From NCBI GenBank assembly GCA_025936115.1, contig JAICTZ010000038.1, positions 1,975 through 65,974 of the forward strand: DNA of 64,000 nt, in the 5' to 3' direction. The notes below the pieces were generated by a model. It did no database searches and had not been told where the DNA came from. It saw nothing but the letters and a program-made list of their open reading frames with translations. The translations under genes and the position numbers were made by a program. The stretch comes from Polyangiaceae bacterium. Its GTDB lineage: Bacteria > Myxococcota_A > Polyangia > Polyangiales > Polyangiaceae. Below, in pieces: positions 62,469 through 64,000 of this stretch (position 1 is its first letter; every line of letters begins with the position of its first letter).

Positions 62469-64000
62469 ATGATGACGCAACGGATTTCGGCGCTGAAGCT
62501 CGCGTTCATGGCGGGCTTCCTGGCGTTCGGCTGCGAGAGCGTGCTCGGCATCCAGGACTGGACACCGAAGCCGACCGCAGGACAGAGCTGCACGCTGAAC
62601 ACCGATTGCGCGACGGATCTCGTGTGCGTGTTCGCTCACTGCAGCATCGCTTGCCGGAGTGATCGCGACTGCTCGGGCGTCGCGCGCTGCCTCACGCTCG
62701 ACGATGGGACGAGCGGCTGCGTCTCACCCGAGCAGGCGAGTTGCGTGACGAGCGAGTGCGTCGGCGGGACCGAGTGCGCCGCCGGTCAATGCCGCACGCC
62801 ATGCAGCGCCGGCTGCCGCACCGATCAAGCGTGCGACAGCGGCGTGTGCGTCGGGCTCGACGAGCCCGGCACCGGGGGCGGCGGCAACGGCGGCAGCGGT
62901 GGCCGCGCAGGCACGGGCGGCTCGAGCGCAAGCGGCGGCAAAGGCGGCAGCGGCGCGACGGGGCAGGGCGGAACGAAACCGACCGGCGGCGATGCAGGCG
63001 AGCTCGGCAGCGGCGGCACGTCCAGCAGCGCGGGCGGCGCCGGCGAAGGGGGCGAAGCAGGCAGCCCCGAGACTGGCGCCGGCGGAAGCGGTGGCAAGGG
63101 TGGGGGCGCCGGCAAGGGTGGCAGCAGTGGTTCCGGCGGCAAGAGCGGCAGCGCCGGTAGCGCTGGATCGATGCCCGATGCGTGCGTCGGCGTCGCGTGC
63201 GAAACACCGCCCGCGACGGCCTGCAAGGATACGAGCACGCTGCGCACGTACAGCGGCGTTGGCTCGTGCAGCGCCGGCGAATGCACGTATGCGTCGACGG
63301 ATACAGCGTGCCAGTTCGGCTGCGCCGCCGCGGCCTGCAAAGGCGATCCTTGCACGGGTGTGGCATGTAGCACGCCGCCGGCGAATCACTGCCAGGATAC
63401 CGGGCACCTGGTCGCGTATGACACGACCGGCAACTGCAGCAGCGGCAGCTGCTCCTATTCGTCGAGCGTCATCGCGTGCACGTGCACGGGCAACGCCTGC
63501 GTGAACGACCCGTGCGCGACGGTCGTTTGCGACAGCCCCCCCGCGTCCACCTGCTCGGGCGCCAACACCCGTCGCACCTTCTCCTCGGCCGGCACGTGCT
63601 CGGCCGGTTCATGCAGCTACACGTACACCGACACGGCGTGCGCGTTCGGCTGCGCGGGCGGCGCTTGCAACGCCGATCCGTGCGCGAGCATCAGCTGCAA
63701 CAGCCCGCCCGCGGCGTCGTGTCCCGACAGCCTCACGTTGCGCACTTACAACTCGAGCGGGACCTGCAGTAACGGAACCTGCAGCTACGGCCACCTCGAT
63801 ACGCCATGCGCGCAGCAATGCAGTACGAGCGCGGGCGCGCATTGCGCGTGCAACCCGGGGTATTCCGGCAGCGGCGTCGTGTGCAACGACGACAACGAGT
63901 GCACGCTCGACACCGACGACTGCGACTCGTCCCCCGCGGCCTCGTGCAGCAACACGCCGGGCAGCTTCGATTGCAGCTGCCCTGCACCGTACGTCGGCAC
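62469..64000 (+). CDS. Partial Cys-rich lipoprotein: four 8-Cys repeats followed by an EGF-like (calcium-binding type) module; runs off the window
   Basis: This frame is absent from the ORF track because no stop occurs before the edge. I translated it by hand and found it open through 64000. It starts MMTQRISALKLAFMAGFLAFGC (lipobox) and continues with a Cys-rich N-domain and a G/S/A linker. Four DPCxxxxCxxPPxxxC...GxCSxGxCxY...C..C...C units follow. The last readable part is CNDDNECTLDTDDCDSSPAASCSNTPGSFDCSC. Confidence 0.8.
   Translation, partial: MMTQRISALKLAFMAGFLAFGCESVLGIQDWTPKPTAGQSCTLNTDCATDLVCVFAHCSIACRSDRDCSGVARCLTLDDGTSGCVSPEQASCVTSECVGGTECAAGQCRTPCSAGCRTDQACDSGVCVGLDEPGTGGGGNGGSGGRAGTGGSSASGGKGGSGATGQGGTKPTGGDAGELGSGGTSSSAGGAGEGGEAGSPETGAGGSGGKGGGAGKGGSSGSGGKSGSAGSAGSMPDACVGVACETPPATACKDTSTLRTYSGVGSCSAGECTYASTDTACQFGCAAAACKGDPCTGVACSTPPANHCQDTGHLVAYDTTGNCSSGSCSYSSSVIACTCTGNACVNDPCATVVCDSPPASTCSGANTRRTFSSAGTCSAGSCSYTYTDTACAFGCAGGACNADPCASISCNSPPAASCPDSLTLRTYNSSGTCSNGTCSYGHLDTPCAQQCSTSAGAHCACNPGYSGSGVVCNDDNECTLDTDDCDSSPAASCSNTPGSFDCSCPAPYVG

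Overview
This is a high-GC (roughly 70% by eye) bacterial chromosome segment that looks like Myxococcota, probably Polyangia-like. The evidence is many lipoproteins with Gly/Ser/Ala linkers, Myxococcus-type cysteine-rich repeats with a fibro-slime domain, ECF sigma factors and a Ser/Thr kinase.

The first ~11.9 kb is a mobile element integrated into tRNA-Val(TAC). A perfect 47-bp direct repeat (84..130 and 11850..11896), equal to the 3' two-thirds of the tRNA, brackets the element. Inside are a tyrosine integrase, an excisionase-like HTH gene, an AEP-primase-like gene, an SF3/D5-type helicase and an XRE-like regulator. A tightly start/stop-coupled rightward operon ends in a tail-fibre-like beta-helical protein. 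I see no recognisable capsid, portal, terminase or tail-tube genes, so it is either a satellite-like element or a heavily reduced prophage. This is my best candidate for something new in the window.

The remaining ~52 kb is chromosomal. It encodes NDH-2, MFS transporters, RlmN, asparaginase II, ThuA, VIT1, a tandem Usp, two GT-C-like membrane proteins and a GH11 xylanase. It also encodes two arylsulfotransferase-like beta-propeller lipoproteins, a CxxCH plus copper-monooxygenase-like lipoprotein, an ECF sigma/anti-sigma pair, a PDZ protein and a Ser/Thr kinase. A partial Cys-rich/EGF-like lipoprotein runs off the right edge and is absent from the ORF track. Two decayed genes (NupC-like and acyltransferase-3-like) and several in-frame coding tandem repeats are present. 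I saw no rRNA, CRISPR array or IS transposase.

All functional calls come from motif recognition by eye. No database searches were run, and many start codons are approximate.
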